64,000 nt of DNA from a virus: the IMG/VR virus record IMGVR_UViG_3300017963_000011, positions 32,001 to 96,000 of that record. One strand, given 5' to 3'. A program made the position numbers and the translations under genes. The notes beneath the pieces were generated by a model. The model was not told where the DNA came from, ran no database searches, and saw nothing but the letters and a program-made list of their open reading frames with translations. Of the stretch, positions 11,069 through 20,609 are shown one piece after another. Position 1 is the first letter of the stretch, and the number at the start of each line of letters is the position of its first letter.

Positions 11069-12127
11069 ATGGGCGCTGTCGGAAGCGATGCAATTTTTGT
11101 TGATGGGACAGAGTTTGTTCTGAATCAGCTTTTCGGCTATCAGAGCGCAGAGGCTGGGCGCGAGCGGGGCATTCGCCTGCGCGACGGTTTCGAGTATCAG
11201 CACGCATGGGATGATACTTCAACAGATGACCCTGGCGGCGGCTGGTCGCATGATTGGCCCCTTGGTGCTCATGTGGGGACGATCGGCTGGCCAGCAGATC
11301 CTTCGCAGACACAGTTCTACGGTGATGGCGCTGGTATCACTAACATTGGTTCCAATGGTGGTCTCAAAGATCTCTCGCAGTCATTTTCTAGTGCCCAACA
11401 GTGTCTTAGCGCAACTGAATATCCACTTGCTCCGGGAAACCAGATAAGTCCGTTTCGAGCGATTATTCTGGCAACTTGGTATGACGCCACTGGTATCACT
11501 CCTGGAGTCTGGTATGCCAATACCGCAGTGCCGGGTGGTAGCCGTGTTGCTTATGATTTAACAGCAGCGTCGGGGGGACCATGGCCCACCATTGGAGACA
11601 TGCCAGTACAAACTTGTATTTGGCTTTCTGGCGATTTCACGTTGCATCTTCACTTTATGGTTGTTGCCAAGAATACGAATGGGTTTCAATGGGGCTCTGG
11701 CGATTCCATGCTCATTCGTCCCTTGTTCATCGGCCAGAATGGAACTACTTACTCATATCCATCGGATGATATCTCCATCACTACGGGGAACAATTTCCCA
11801 GACAGAGTTCAAACTTGGCACTGGCACTGCCATTGGGTTGGAAATATCACTTCCATGCCAGCTCAATTCTACTCAATCTTGTGGCAGATACAGGGCTCAT
11901 GGATAGACTTCTTTAGCGGTGGTGGCGGTCCAGTTTGGGTTCAATTCTACTGCATGTCCAGAGGGCAGGTTTCCAACATAAACAGTTATGCGCCATCGGC
12001 AGGAGGGGCGCTTTTGAACAAAGCACAGCTTGGCGTTGGGGCATACTCGACTTTCAATGGTCTCGGTCAGACGTACCAATGTCAGGGCATCGACTCCTTC
12101 AACATGTTTCCGATTTTCGCTACCTAG
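11069..12127 (+). CDS. Putative tail fibre / receptor-binding protein
   Basis: Gly/Trp/Gln-rich ORF after the hub gene; SD AAGGAG. Confidence 0.45.
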   Translation: MGAVGSDAIFVDGTEFVLNQLFGYQSAEAGRERGIRLRDGFEYQHAWDDTSTDDPGGGWSHDWPLGAHVGTIGWPADPSQTQFYGDGAGITNIGSNGGLKDLSQSFSSAQQCLSATEYPLAPGNQISPFRAIILATWYDATGITPGVWYANTAVPGGSRVAYDLTAASGGPWPTIGDMPVQTCIWLSGDFTLHLHFMVVAKNTNGFQWGSGDSMLIRPLFIGQNGTTYSYPSDDISITTGNNFPDRVQTWHWHCHWVGNITSMPAQFYSILWQIQGSWIDFFSGGGGPVWVQFYCMSRGQVSNINSYAPSAGGALLNKAQLGVGAYSTFNGLGQTYQCQGIDSFNMFPIFAT

Positions 12128-12157
12128 TGGTAGCGCTACCATACGAGAGGAAAACCT

Positions 12158-12562
12158 ATGCCTCGACCGGAACTCGATAGTGACAGGTCACATCTTCTCA
12201 AGATCTATATCGGAAACGAGAAGAAGTACAAATTCGTCCTACGTGACGAGAACAACGATCCGATACCGCTCACCGTGAGTGATATCTTGTATCTCGCAGT
12301 CAAGAAGAATCCCAAAACAGAAGATGACGCCGATGCCATTTTCAAAAAGACGATCGCACTCACTGGCCAGCCGCCGGCTGATCTCTCAAACGGCATTGTC
12401 CGTTTTACAATTACGCCAGCAGAGTCAGGAGCCATCACGGTAGTTGGCAGGTTCCGCTGGGATTGCATGGTGTGGAGATCCGCAGGTTCTTCCATTAAGA
12501 ACGTGCCCGATCCGGCGGGCCATGTCGTTATCGCATATCCAGTACGTCGATCCACGACCTAG
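12158..12562 (+). CDS. BppU-like baseplate upper / Ig-like protein
   Basis: FVLRDENNDPIPLT...GIVRFTITPAES...FRWD pattern typical of BppU N-terminal domains. Confidence 0.5.
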   Translation: MPRPELDSDRSHLLKIYIGNEKKYKFVLRDENNDPIPLTVSDILYLAVKKNPKTEDDADAIFKKTIALTGQPPADLSNGIVRFTITPAESGAITVVGRFRWDCMVWRSAGSSIKNVPDPAGHVVIAYPVRRSTT

Positions 12563-12592
12563 AGCCACGGGCTAGAGAGGAGGTCGCCCCAA

Positions 12593-12862
12593 ATGGTGGT
12601 CTCGGTAGATTTCGGAGCGTTTGAAGGTGGGGCGCCTGTCTGGCGTGACGTTTCTGCTTTGACAGAACTCGTTACCAGGCAGCGGTATCAGACCCCGGAA
12701 AAATTTATCGAGACGAGTCTGGCCGTTTACTTCAACGGTCAAGTCCTAGACCGAGAGTCCGACAATGGCTTTACGGTCATCGATGATGAAACGTTTGAGT
12801 TGAAAACAGCGATCCCGGCAGGACGCGTATTTACACTCTTCGTCAGCTACGCCGAACTATAA
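12593..12862 (+). CDS. Small virion protein (single beta module)
   Basis: SLAVYFNGQVL motif shared with 17741-18670 and the C-terminus of 12880-14247. Confidence 0.5.
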   Translation: MVVSVDFGAFEGGAPVWRDVSALTELVTRQRYQTPEKFIETSLAVYFNGQVLDRESDNGFTVIDDETFELKTAIPAGRVFTLFVSYAEL

Positions 12863-12879
12863 GATAGAAAGGAAGAGAG

Positions 12880-14247
12880 ATGGGCCAGAAATCCCTTCTC
12901 GACCAGGATCTACAAATCCGAGCGTCGACCACCTACGATGACGCTATCGCGAGTGCCCAGACTGTTGGTGTTGCCGAGGGACAGACGAACTTGCTCGGCG
13001 ACCTCAACGTGATGCGCACTCTTCTCAAGCTACAGATGGGCGTGACCAACTGGTATGACGCACCCGACCAAACGCTGGCCGACATCTATGGCAGGTTCTT
13101 CATCAACCTGCTTCAGCAGTCGGGCTTCATCGATGTGGCCAGTGGTACGGGCGGATCGACAAACGCCTTCGATACTGCGATCAAGACCATCACCAATCAC
13201 AATAGCGGTGGAGGTAACAGCACGACAGAGGGTGTCGTCGTAGACACCACAAAGGTGCATCGCCTGTCGATCCGTAACCACGATACGCAGGACGCCATCG
13301 ATGATGGATCTGGCAATGAAGTCTACGGTCGTCTGTCGTGGTCTGGCACCGAGTACATCATCACATGGTACTCGATGGTGTCGGGCACGGAGACCGCTTA
13401 CAGCTTCACGTCTTCGGTCGATATCGATCTCGCCTGTGTTCTCGTGTCGCGCGAGTACCAGGATCTGGAATGGGATCGCTTCATCGACCCGTCATTCCAC
13501 GACATGGCCGGTTTCACCGGGTCCATCTCCGACGACAACGTTGTTGTCGATGGCATGCTCTACCTGTACAACGGTCTGACAACTCAGGCTCAGGTCAACG
13601 CGCAGGGTGACAAGCTCGGCCACGGCGACACCGCAGCCGAGGGCGCTCACCTCGTCAAGATCAACGACTCGGCCACGGGTGGCGGCTCCAACGGCTACTT
13701 CACCGGGGATGACGTGCAGGACGCTTTCACGGAACTGAAGACGCAGATCGGCGGCACGACGTCGACGACCTACAACTTCACCGAGAACAACGTCCTGACC
13801 GACAACGACTACATCTACCCCGCGCTGGAGAAGCTCGATCTCAAGTGGGGAGATCTCGCGAGTGTGGCCACGGGCGAGGGCGCCAGCCTCGTCGGTGTCG
13901 AAGACACAGGCGGGTATTTCACGGGCACCGACGTCGAGGCTGTTCTCCAGGAGATCGGTCAGGAACTCGACGATCAGGGAGTCCAGAAGTACCAGCATAC
14001 GGAAACCAGCGTCATCACGGGTGGCACCCCATGGACCCTCCCCGGCTCGCTCCAGTACACCCCGGACTCCGGTGGTCACGCCCAGAACATGGACGTGTAC
14101 CTGGAAGGCCAGTTGCAGCACGGCGGTATCCTCACGGACACCACGACCGACTACCAGGAAGCCGCAACGGGTGCTCTGCGCACGCAGATCACTTGGAACA
14201 AGACCATCCCGGCCAACCGCAATTTCACGTTCATGGTTCGCAAGTAG
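12880..14247 (+). CDS. Virion structural protein, probably abundant
   Basis: Strong C-ending codon bias; duplicated EGA.LV..D..GYFTG.DV..A..E motif; followed by a GC hairpin. Confidence 0.6.
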   Translation: MGQKSLLDQDLQIRASTTYDDAIASAQTVGVAEGQTNLLGDLNVMRTLLKLQMGVTNWYDAPDQTLADIYGRFFINLLQQSGFIDVASGTGGSTNAFDTAIKTITNHNSGGGNSTTEGVVVDTTKVHRLSIRNHDTQDAIDDGSGNEVYGRLSWSGTEYIITWYSMVSGTETAYSFTSSVDIDLACVLVSREYQDLEWDRFIDPSFHDMAGFTGSISDDNVVVDGMLYLYNGLTTQAQVNAQGDKLGHGDTAAEGAHLVKINDSATGGGSNGYFTGDDVQDAFTELKTQIGGTTSTTYNFTENNVLTDNDYIYPALEKLDLKWGDLASVATGEGASLVGVEDTGGYFTGTDVEAVLQEIGQELDDQGVQKYQHTETSVITGGTPWTLPGSLQYTPDSGGHAQNMDVYLEGQLQHGGILTDTTTDYQEAATGALRTQITWNKTIPANRNFTFMVRK

Positions 14248-14254
14248 TCTGAAT

Positions 14255-14282
14255 GGCCTCCCCCTGGAGTCAGGGGGAGGCC
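14255..14282. terminator. Perfect 12-bp GC hairpin (terminator or mRNA stabiliser)
   Basis: GGCCTCCCCCTG-GAGT-CAGGGGGAGGCC directly after the stop; no U tract. Confidence 0.5.
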
Positions 14283-14308
14283 CCTACTCCTAGAAAGGCT
14301 TGGATACT

Positions 14309-14788
14309 ATGCCTGACAAGCAAGATACCAAAGCCCCCGAGTCTCTCGACGACATCAAAACGGAAGTCTTCAACAAGGTGACTGGCCCGAGAGGGGCACA
14401 CGCTGTTCTCGAAGCCGCGAAGCAGAAGAAGAAACGTCTCCTGGATGAGAAGGAGAGACTGAAGCAGAGAGGGGCCTTCATCGAGGGCCAGCTTGCATCG
14501 ACAGATGAAATCATCGCCACTCTGGAGTTGATGATCAAGGAGTGTGGCCTCAGCAATGTGGTCACGTTTGCCACCGGAACGGTCGGAGAGCCGATCGCAA
14601 AAGAAGAAACCGTTGTCGCCGACGAGGAGATGGAGAAGCACAGGGCCGCCGGGCGATGCCTCTACGTCCACTTCGTTCAGGTGAAGGGCGGCAGGAAGAG
14701 GAAGTTCTGCAATCGCAAGGGCTCCAAGAAATACGGGGGCTACTGCAAGATGCACTGGGATCGAGTGAACGGTGGGAAAGAAAACTGA
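14309..14788 (+). CDS. Basic coiled-coil protein with C-terminal C/C/CxxH zinc finger
   Basis: GRC...KFC...GYCKMH motif; N-terminal coiled coil. Confidence 0.55.
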   Translation: MPDKQDTKAPESLDDIKTEVFNKVTGPRGAHAVLEAAKQKKKRLLDEKERLKQRGAFIEGQLASTDEIIATLELMIKECGLSNVVTFATGTVGEPIAKEETVVADEEMEKHRAAGRCLYVHFVQVKGGRKRKFCNRKGSKKYGGYCKMHWDRVNGGKEN

Positions 14789-15581
14789 GATTCTCGGTCA
14801 GCAGGCAGATGGGGAATTTCTCCTAGAAGAGGAGTTCCCCATCTCGAAGACCGTGACTCCAGATCACGGTGATGCTCCGGTCTACAATGAAGTCACCGGG
14901 AAGTACGAGCCTGCCCCGGTGGCTGGTGGTCACGCACGCCTTCATGAGATCGAGAGTCCTCTCGATCACAATGTCCAGGGAACCTTGTTGGATCGCCAAA
15001 CGATCCAGTACAACCTCGCTGATGAGAAATGGGAATTCACTGATTTCCCAGACGCGAATGCCACTCTTTTACCTGGCGTGACGATGTTAGGCACTGTGCT
15101 GAACTATCCTAAATCAGCATCTTTCGGTGCAGCTTCCGATATTCAGTATGTCCGTGTTTTCTTGGTTGAGGATGCGGAATACGACTCGTTCGTTGTCTTT
15201 GTCACGAATCGAGTTGCCTCTGTCGATATCCGTTTGGGCATCTATTCCCAGACTGATCCGAGTGATATTGATTTAGATCCCAATTCTAAGGTTGCAGAAA
15301 CAAATGTGCGAACGATCCTCGCGGCAGATGAGGGCACATTTGTCGAGGTAGCTCTAACATCAAGCTACACTGTCCCAACAAGCGGCTACTATTGGTTCGC
15401 TATGATCTACGACGGAACCCCAAACTCAGTGTCATTTGCTACGAGTGAGACTTTCCCTGCCGACTATCTTCCAAGAAGAGAAGAGAGCGGTTCTGGAGAT
15501 ACGCTTCCTGCAACAGCGTCCGGTCTTACTAATCCAGCAAGCGCGGTCATTCTCGTGGCAGCTAAGAAAGCGGTGACGTAA
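14772..15581 (+). CDS. Hypothetical virion protein
   Basis: IRLGIYS...SGYYWFA beta-sandwich pattern; overlaps neighbours. Confidence 0.55.
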   Translation: MGKKTEILGQQADGEFLLEEEFPISKTVTPDHGDAPVYNEVTGKYEPAPVAGGHARLHEIESPLDHNVQGTLLDRQTIQYNLADEKWEFTDFPDANATLLPGVTMLGTVLNYPKSASFGAASDIQYVRVFLVEDAEYDSFVVFVTNRVASVDIRLGIYSQTDPSDIDLDPNSKVAETNVRTILAADEGTFVEVALTSSYTVPTSGYYWFAMIYDGTPNSVSFATSETFPADYLPRREESGSGDTLPATASGLTNPASAVILVAAKKAVT

Positions 15582-16240
15582 TGCCCGTTATTCCTTGCGA
15601 TCTTATGGAGCAAGAGTTCAGAGAGCACAAGCTAGGCATGCTCATCGACGGGGTTTCCTTCGAGCAGGAAGCTAATCTCTGGAGTAACACTCCTCTGCAA
15701 ATTGCACAAGATTTGCACATCCAAGAAGCGTGGATCGAGTGGGAGAGTTGCAAGATAGGAGATTACGGTTTCATTGTGGCCATTCATCCTGAAGGAGAAA
15801 CCAATCTCAAGGCAAGTGCGTCTCAGGGCGCAACCTCTGTGAATGTTGGCGCGGCCTATGCGCCATATTACAATCCGGCGAATGGAAAGCGCTCCATAGA
15901 ATTCTGGAACGCTGCCGAAACCGAGCTTCTCGAAGTTCGTACCGTTACTGGTATCTCAAGCCCGAATGTGAACTTCACACCTGGGCTTGCTGCCGCTCGC
16001 GATACGACGGTAAAGGTCAAGCCGGTTTACGGTCGCTACGGTCCAATTCGCGGATCGAATGGAAACCTCGGCGGTTACAGGATGATCGCTTCGGGGGTAG
16101 CCCATATCGAGAATCCATTCTCGATTTCAGCGAGGCTTCCTTCTGGTTTCATCATTGGCGTTCGTGTGAAGACTGTTAGCACCTCTGGCACTCGACAGTT
16201 TGCCATCAACTTCTTATTCAGATCACCAGAAGATGAATAA
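15581..16240 (+). CDS. Hypothetical virion protein
   Basis: Coupled ORF (TAATG junction). Confidence 0.55.
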   Translation: MPVIPCDLMEQEFREHKLGMLIDGVSFEQEANLWSNTPLQIAQDLHIQEAWIEWESCKIGDYGFIVAIHPEGETNLKASASQGATSVNVGAAYAPYYNPANGKRSIEFWNAAETELLEVRTVTGISSPNVNFTPGLAAARDTTVKVKPVYGRYGPIRGSNGNLGGYRMIASGVAHIENPFSISARLPSGFIIGVRVKTVSTSGTRQFAINFLFRSPEDE

Positions 16241-16787
16241 ACGTGCTGGCGACATAGTGCTGTTCAAGGTGAAAGCCAAGCACCTCTGGAAGAGTCCTCT
16301 TTCGTTTTTAATAGGACTCTTTCAGGGAAGTCGCTGTACGCATACTGCCATTTTGTCAGAGCCGTCTAATAGCGTAGTTGTAGAAGCGTGGTGGCCCCTC
16401 TGCCGCGCTCATGCTATCGACTACGATCTCTACGAGATTGCTTTCATTCGACCTAAACTCATCACTGAAGGTGAGCAGATCTCGGCTGCAATGACAGCCC
16501 GACGCATGATCGGGACTAAATGTGCTTATGATGAGCCGGCCTTAATTGGCTTGGCCAAGTTCTTCCTGATCGAGCGCTTTCTTGGCATCCCGATACGTAA
16601 GGCGTTCTATAATACAGACAGTCCAGACAAGTATTTCTGCTCCGAACTCGTGGCGGTTTGCTATATGATGGCTGGCTTCTCACTTGCGAGTCTCCTCGGC
16701 TTCAAGGACTATTCGCAGATCACCCCGTCCGACTTCGAGCGACAGATCGACAAGTTTACGATTATAGAAAGAACCGAAGGCTGGTAA
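16233..16787 (+). CDS. Permuted papain-like NlpC/P60 amidase (YiiX/YaeF family)
   Basis: GDIVLF...THTAI...YFCSELV, with His before Cys (circularly permuted order). Confidence 0.8.
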   Translation: MNKRAGDIVLFKVKAKHLWKSPLSFLIGLFQGSRCTHTAILSEPSNSVVVEAWWPLCRAHAIDYDLYEIAFIRPKLITEGEQISAAMTARRMIGTKCAYDEPALIGLAKFFLIERFLGIPIRKAFYNTDSPDKYFCSELVAVCYMMAGFSLASLLGFKDYSQITPSDFERQIDKFTIIERTEGW

Positions 16788-16791
16788 GCCA

Positions 16792-17457
16792 ATGGCCGAG
16801 ACGCACATCAAATTCGTCAACGACACCGTTACTCTCGGCGTCATGATGACGCGCAGGGGCACTCCGGTCACTGGCGAAACCCCCACAGTCGAGATGCGCA
16901 GAATGAGCGATGGCCGTTATTGGGATTGGAACACGCTCGTCTGGAGCACATCACCGACTGGTACAAAAGAGGCAACCCTCGTTGAGAAAACCTGGCTTGG
17001 TGGTTTCTATACAAAGACTTGGGATCATGGAACTACCGATCCTGATGCTCAGGGTGAATACACAGCCATCTATCGCAACGTCGGCGCTCCCAATGATTTC
17101 ACCTCAATCGAGATCTTCTACTTCAGGTTTGACTGGAGCGAGGGAGCCGGTGTTATCGCTGATCAGGTTTGGGAAGAGGCCCTCGCTGACCATCTCGGTA
17201 CAGCCGGCAGTGCGGCCGAGCAGCTTGCCATCGTCCGTGGCATGTGTCAGCAGAACTACATTCTTGACAACACAGTCCACAACTCCCTCGGGCTTCTCCT
17301 TGAGGGACGTATTAGAATTTTCGACACCGCTGCAAACGTGCCTGCTACTGGCGGCGGTAGCGAAACAACCGGGCTCATCGCAACTTACAACATCGAAACA
17401 ACACCTGAGTCCGGTGATCAGGATCTCGTAGACACCTATAGGGTGGTGAAAGCATAG
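16792..17457 (+). CDS. Hypothetical virion protein
   Basis: IADQVWEEALADH.TAGS motif seen in phage structural proteins. Confidence 0.55.
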   Translation: MAETHIKFVNDTVTLGVMMTRRGTPVTGETPTVEMRRMSDGRYWDWNTLVWSTSPTGTKEATLVEKTWLGGFYTKTWDHGTTDPDAQGEYTAIYRNVGAPNDFTSIEIFYFRFDWSEGAGVIADQVWEEALADHLGTAGSAAEQLAIVRGMCQQNYILDNTVHNSLGLLLEGRIRIFDTAANVPATGGGSETTGLIATYNIETTPESGDQDLVDTYRVVKA

Positions 17458-17714
17458 TGTCGATTTGCCTTGCAACAAAAGGCGTCATCTGCGGTAGGAA
17501 GGAAAGGTATCTTACCTACTTTGAGGAGCCGCTTAACCTTACCGTGGTCGAGGAAGAAACCGTCGACCTTGAGGTCGTTGCCGAGGAAGAGATCGATATT
17601 GCTATTACAGAAGAGGAAGAGATCGATCTTCAAGTTACAGAGGAAGAAACGATAGAGCTTACTATCGATGAAGAGGAAGAGATTATTCTAATCGTTACCT
17701 GCTATGAAGACTGA
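17457..17714 (+). CDS. Small very acidic protein with a 10-aa tandem repeat
   Basis: EEETVDLEVV/EEEIDIAITE/EEEIDLQVTE/EETIELTIDE; 30-nt periodicity in the DNA. Confidence 0.55.
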   Translation: MSICLATKGVICGRKERYLTYFEEPLNLTVVEEETVDLEVVAEEEIDIAITEEEEIDLQVTEEETIELTIDEEEEIILIVTCYED

Positions 17715-17740
17715 TGGTAGCGCTACAACGGGAGTAGATT

Positions 17741-18670
17741 ATGGCGAACAAGACCGCGCTAGTAGGAACGAACCGGGTCAATAGTTCTGGCGATCCAGCA
17801 GTTCAGAACTGGAACACGGGGGATACTCTCACTGACCCTGATGGCAATGTCATCCAGACAGGGGCTAATGCGCCATCTCCTTCTGACGCGACTCCTCAAC
17901 AGGTTGGCACTGGCACTGGTCAGCCTGGAACAAGCAACGACTACTCGCGAGCCGACCATGTTCACCAGACGAACGCGCAGCCCGGCACTGCTACTCCACA
18001 AGACGTGGGCTTGACAGGTGTTGTCGGGACAGCTACAGCTTATGCCCGCGAAGATCACGTTCACGGTGGCGCTGTCGTAGGCACTGCGGGCTATCTGGAA
18101 CAGGCAGCTACGGCAGCGGTGGCCACTTACACGGTGAACAACTACTCTGTCGGTGCTGATAACTTGCTCGTGTTCGTGAATGGCGCCTACGTGCCGAAGG
18201 ATCAGTATACCGAGGACAATCCAACGCAGATCACTTTCACAACCTATCCTGGTCTTCCTTTTGTTGGTAGCGAAAAGATTGTCACATTCGTACCCAAGGG
18301 TGGTCTGGGATTGACAAATCAGCTTTGGGAAAAACAAGTTGCTGGAGCAAGTCAAGCAGTCTTCAATCTGGCGGGTTCTTACGATGTCGGCACTCACAGT
18401 CTTCTCGTGTTTGTCGATGGGACTCTCAATCTCGTAGGCGCCAGCGAGGACTACCAAGAGACGGGTACGCAGCAAGTCACGTTCAACACTCCTCTTTCTG
18501 GTGGAGAAGAAGTCCTCTTTCTCGTTCCGCGAGGATCTACAACCGAGAACTCTGGAGCGTACAGCGCTGGAACCCCCGGCGACTGGAATGGTGCTCCGAC
18601 AACGATCGGCGATGCGCTTGATAGGCTCGCCGCAGAGCTTTCGAGACTCATCGGATATCCGATTCCGTAA
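17741..18670 (+). CDS. Tail fibre-like protein 1
   Basis: YSRADHVH/YAREDHVH repeats; two LLVFV(N/D)G modules. Confidence 0.65.
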   Translation: MANKTALVGTNRVNSSGDPAVQNWNTGDTLTDPDGNVIQTGANAPSPSDATPQQVGTGTGQPGTSNDYSRADHVHQTNAQPGTATPQDVGLTGVVGTATAYAREDHVHGGAVVGTAGYLEQAATAAVATYTVNNYSVGADNLLVFVNGAYVPKDQYTEDNPTQITFTTYPGLPFVGSEKIVTFVPKGGLGLTNQLWEKQVAGASQAVFNLAGSYDVGTHSLLVFVDGTLNLVGASEDYQETGTQQVTFNTPLSGGEEVLFLVPRGSTTENSGAYSAGTPGDWNGAPTTIGDALDRLAAELSRLIGYPIP

Positions 18671-18679
18671 GGAGATGGC

Positions 18680-19444
18680 ATGGCAAACGTAATAGCGATG
18701 ACTGGCAAGCCAAGCATCAACGCATCCAACGACCCTGAGCTTCGTAACTGGAACACAGGGGATACGCTGGTCACTCCTGATGGAAACGTGATCATGGTCG
18801 GTACTCCATCGAGCGCCGAATTGGCAATTCCAGATGGGGATGCCACGCCAGATATCAGTGGTGGCGAGAACTTCAAGACTGTGAATACAGTTTTGACGAC
18901 GATCACGAACTTCATCAATGGTGTCGCCGGAACCAGAATTCGCGTTAGAATCACAGACACAAATACCATCATCTCCGGTACGCTCACAAAGACGGGACGG
19001 ACGATCGTATGTCTCGTCGGCGACGTCTTTGAGTGGGTTTATGATGGTGCTAGTTGGATTCAGGTCGGTGGCAATGTAGGCATGGGTGCCTACATTCGGT
19101 ATCAGACTCCTATTGATGTTACTGCCGGCACCTGGATTGGCAATACTGTTATCGTTTACACAACGATTCCAATGGCTTCTTGGCTTCCTCGTCTTGGAGT
19201 GGATATGGTGCATGTGTCTTGCAAGGTGAATGCGTCGGCCGGCACACCTACTCTTTTAGCGAGAGCCGTTGGCGATACGGATAATACCCTGGCCCGCGTT
19301 GTAGCCAATTACACTACGGGTTTCTTTGGAGGCGAAGACTTCTTTGTCAAGCTGAATGATGCTGGCAATTTCGAGGCTAGATGGTGGACGGCTTTCACAC
19401 CGGCTGGCTGGAACAACCTATATCTTGAAGGCATCACACTCTAG
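18680..19444 (+). CDS. Tail fibre-like protein 2
   Basis: N-terminus RNWNTGDTLVTPDGNVI paralogous to the previous gene. Confidence 0.6.
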   Translation: MANVIAMTGKPSINASNDPELRNWNTGDTLVTPDGNVIMVGTPSSAELAIPDGDATPDISGGENFKTVNTVLTTITNFINGVAGTRIRVRITDTNTIISGTLTKTGRTIVCLVGDVFEWVYDGASWIQVGGNVGMGAYIRYQTPIDVTAGTWIGNTVIVYTTIPMASWLPRLGVDMVHVSCKVNASAGTPTLLARAVGDTDNTLARVVANYTTGFFGGEDFFVKLNDAGNFEARWWTAFTPAGWNNLYLEGITL

Positions 19445-19453
19445 GAGGACGAC

Positions 19454-20047
19454 ATGGCAAATATTCCTGCGCTTGCGGGCTATCAAACAGCTAACGGAGA
19501 AGCTGCTCCTGCCAAGTTCGGCGGCAGTGATGTCCTTACAGATCCTAACGGGAATGTCCTCCTGACCGCTGTCGGTGGTGCTGGTTCTATCGTGCCATTC
19601 GATACTCCAGTCATTGTCATGGCATATAACAACACGCTCTATAGTGGAGCTACAACTGGCTCTCCATGGAACTACTCTAGCCAACACGCATTCAATGGTG
19701 TGATCGATCTTAGTGGCTTGACACCGGCAATTCCTTCTGGCGCTAAAGCTGTGATTCTGGTAACACTGGCCAATCTGTACAATACAGTGGGGGGTGCAGC
19801 GCGAGTCATTAACATGTACGCTGCCAAGCTGCATGCTTCTCTCCCAACCGCAGCGCAATACGTCATGAGTAGCGCATACCATGTCGGTGGCGTTGCCGCT
19901 GGTGCTGAAGGAGTAGAATACGATGCCAATCCGGGTTACGGTATTGTGAATTTCAATGGTGACAGGACCGTGGCTATAGCCGCCTATTCTAACAACAGTC
20001 CAAACAATGCGTACTGGTACTGGAACGTAGCCGGGTACACGATCTAG
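19454..20047 (+). CDS. Tail fibre-like protein 3
   Basis: N-terminus DVLTDPNGNVL paralogous to the previous two genes. Confidence 0.55.
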   Translation: MANIPALAGYQTANGEAAPAKFGGSDVLTDPNGNVLLTAVGGAGSIVPFDTPVIVMAYNNTLYSGATTGSPWNYSSQHAFNGVIDLSGLTPAIPSGAKAVILVTLANLYNTVGGAARVINMYAAKLHASLPTAAQYVMSSAYHVGGVAAGAEGVEYDANPGYGIVNFNGDRTVAIAAYSNNSPNNAYWYWNVAGYTI

Positions 20048-20049
20048 GA

Positions 20050-20580
20050 GTGAACATGCTACCAGTTTTCAAATTGATTTATGATGAGTCAACATATGAA
20101 ATCGTCGACTCGGTGCCGGCGCAACCCGACAATCCTCCGTCAACTCTTGTCGACAAACCCGATGGCTTTACCTGGGACGAGCGCACTCTCTGGAAATACG
20201 ACCCTACAGAAGAAGAAGTCGTCCAGAAAACCGGCCAGGAGTATGACGATGCTCTCGCGTTAATCAAAGCGAAGATCGCCTCTGATCTCGCCTTGGAGTA
20301 TACCCGCAAGAACCTCGAAGACATTTTCACGGTCATGGGCTCGATGGAGGCTATGCTCGACTGCACAAATCAGATCGTGCAGAAAGTCATGAATGAGGAT
20401 ACGATCACACAGGCTGAGAAGGACGCCTTCAATCTTCTCGTAAATACTTGTTCGTCCAAGTTCAAGCTAACGCTGACCAACGTTACACAAGCCATCGCCG
20501 ATGGTATGAAGGCGAAGAAAGAAAAGGCCCGTGATACCGAGACAGACATGAAGAACGATCCTAGGTGGCCGTATTCATAG
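20050..20580 (+). CDS. Possible tail fibre assembly chaperone
   Basis: Follows the fibre genes; WKYD motif followed by a helical region. Confidence 0.4.
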   Translation: MNMLPVFKLIYDESTYEIVDSVPAQPDNPPSTLVDKPDGFTWDERTLWKYDPTEEEVVQKTGQEYDDALALIKAKIASDLALEYTRKNLEDIFTVMGSMEAMLDCTNQIVQKVMNEDTITQAEKDAFNLLVNTCSSKFKLTLTNVTQAIADGMKAKKEKARDTETDMKNDPRWPYS

Positions 20581-20609
20581 AGTGTAGCGCTACAACGAGG
20601 GGGTATTAA

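Noticed and set aside
11069-20047. Diversity-generating retroelement acting on the fibre genes
   Set aside because: No reverse transcriptase and no adenine-mismatched repeat pair noticed.
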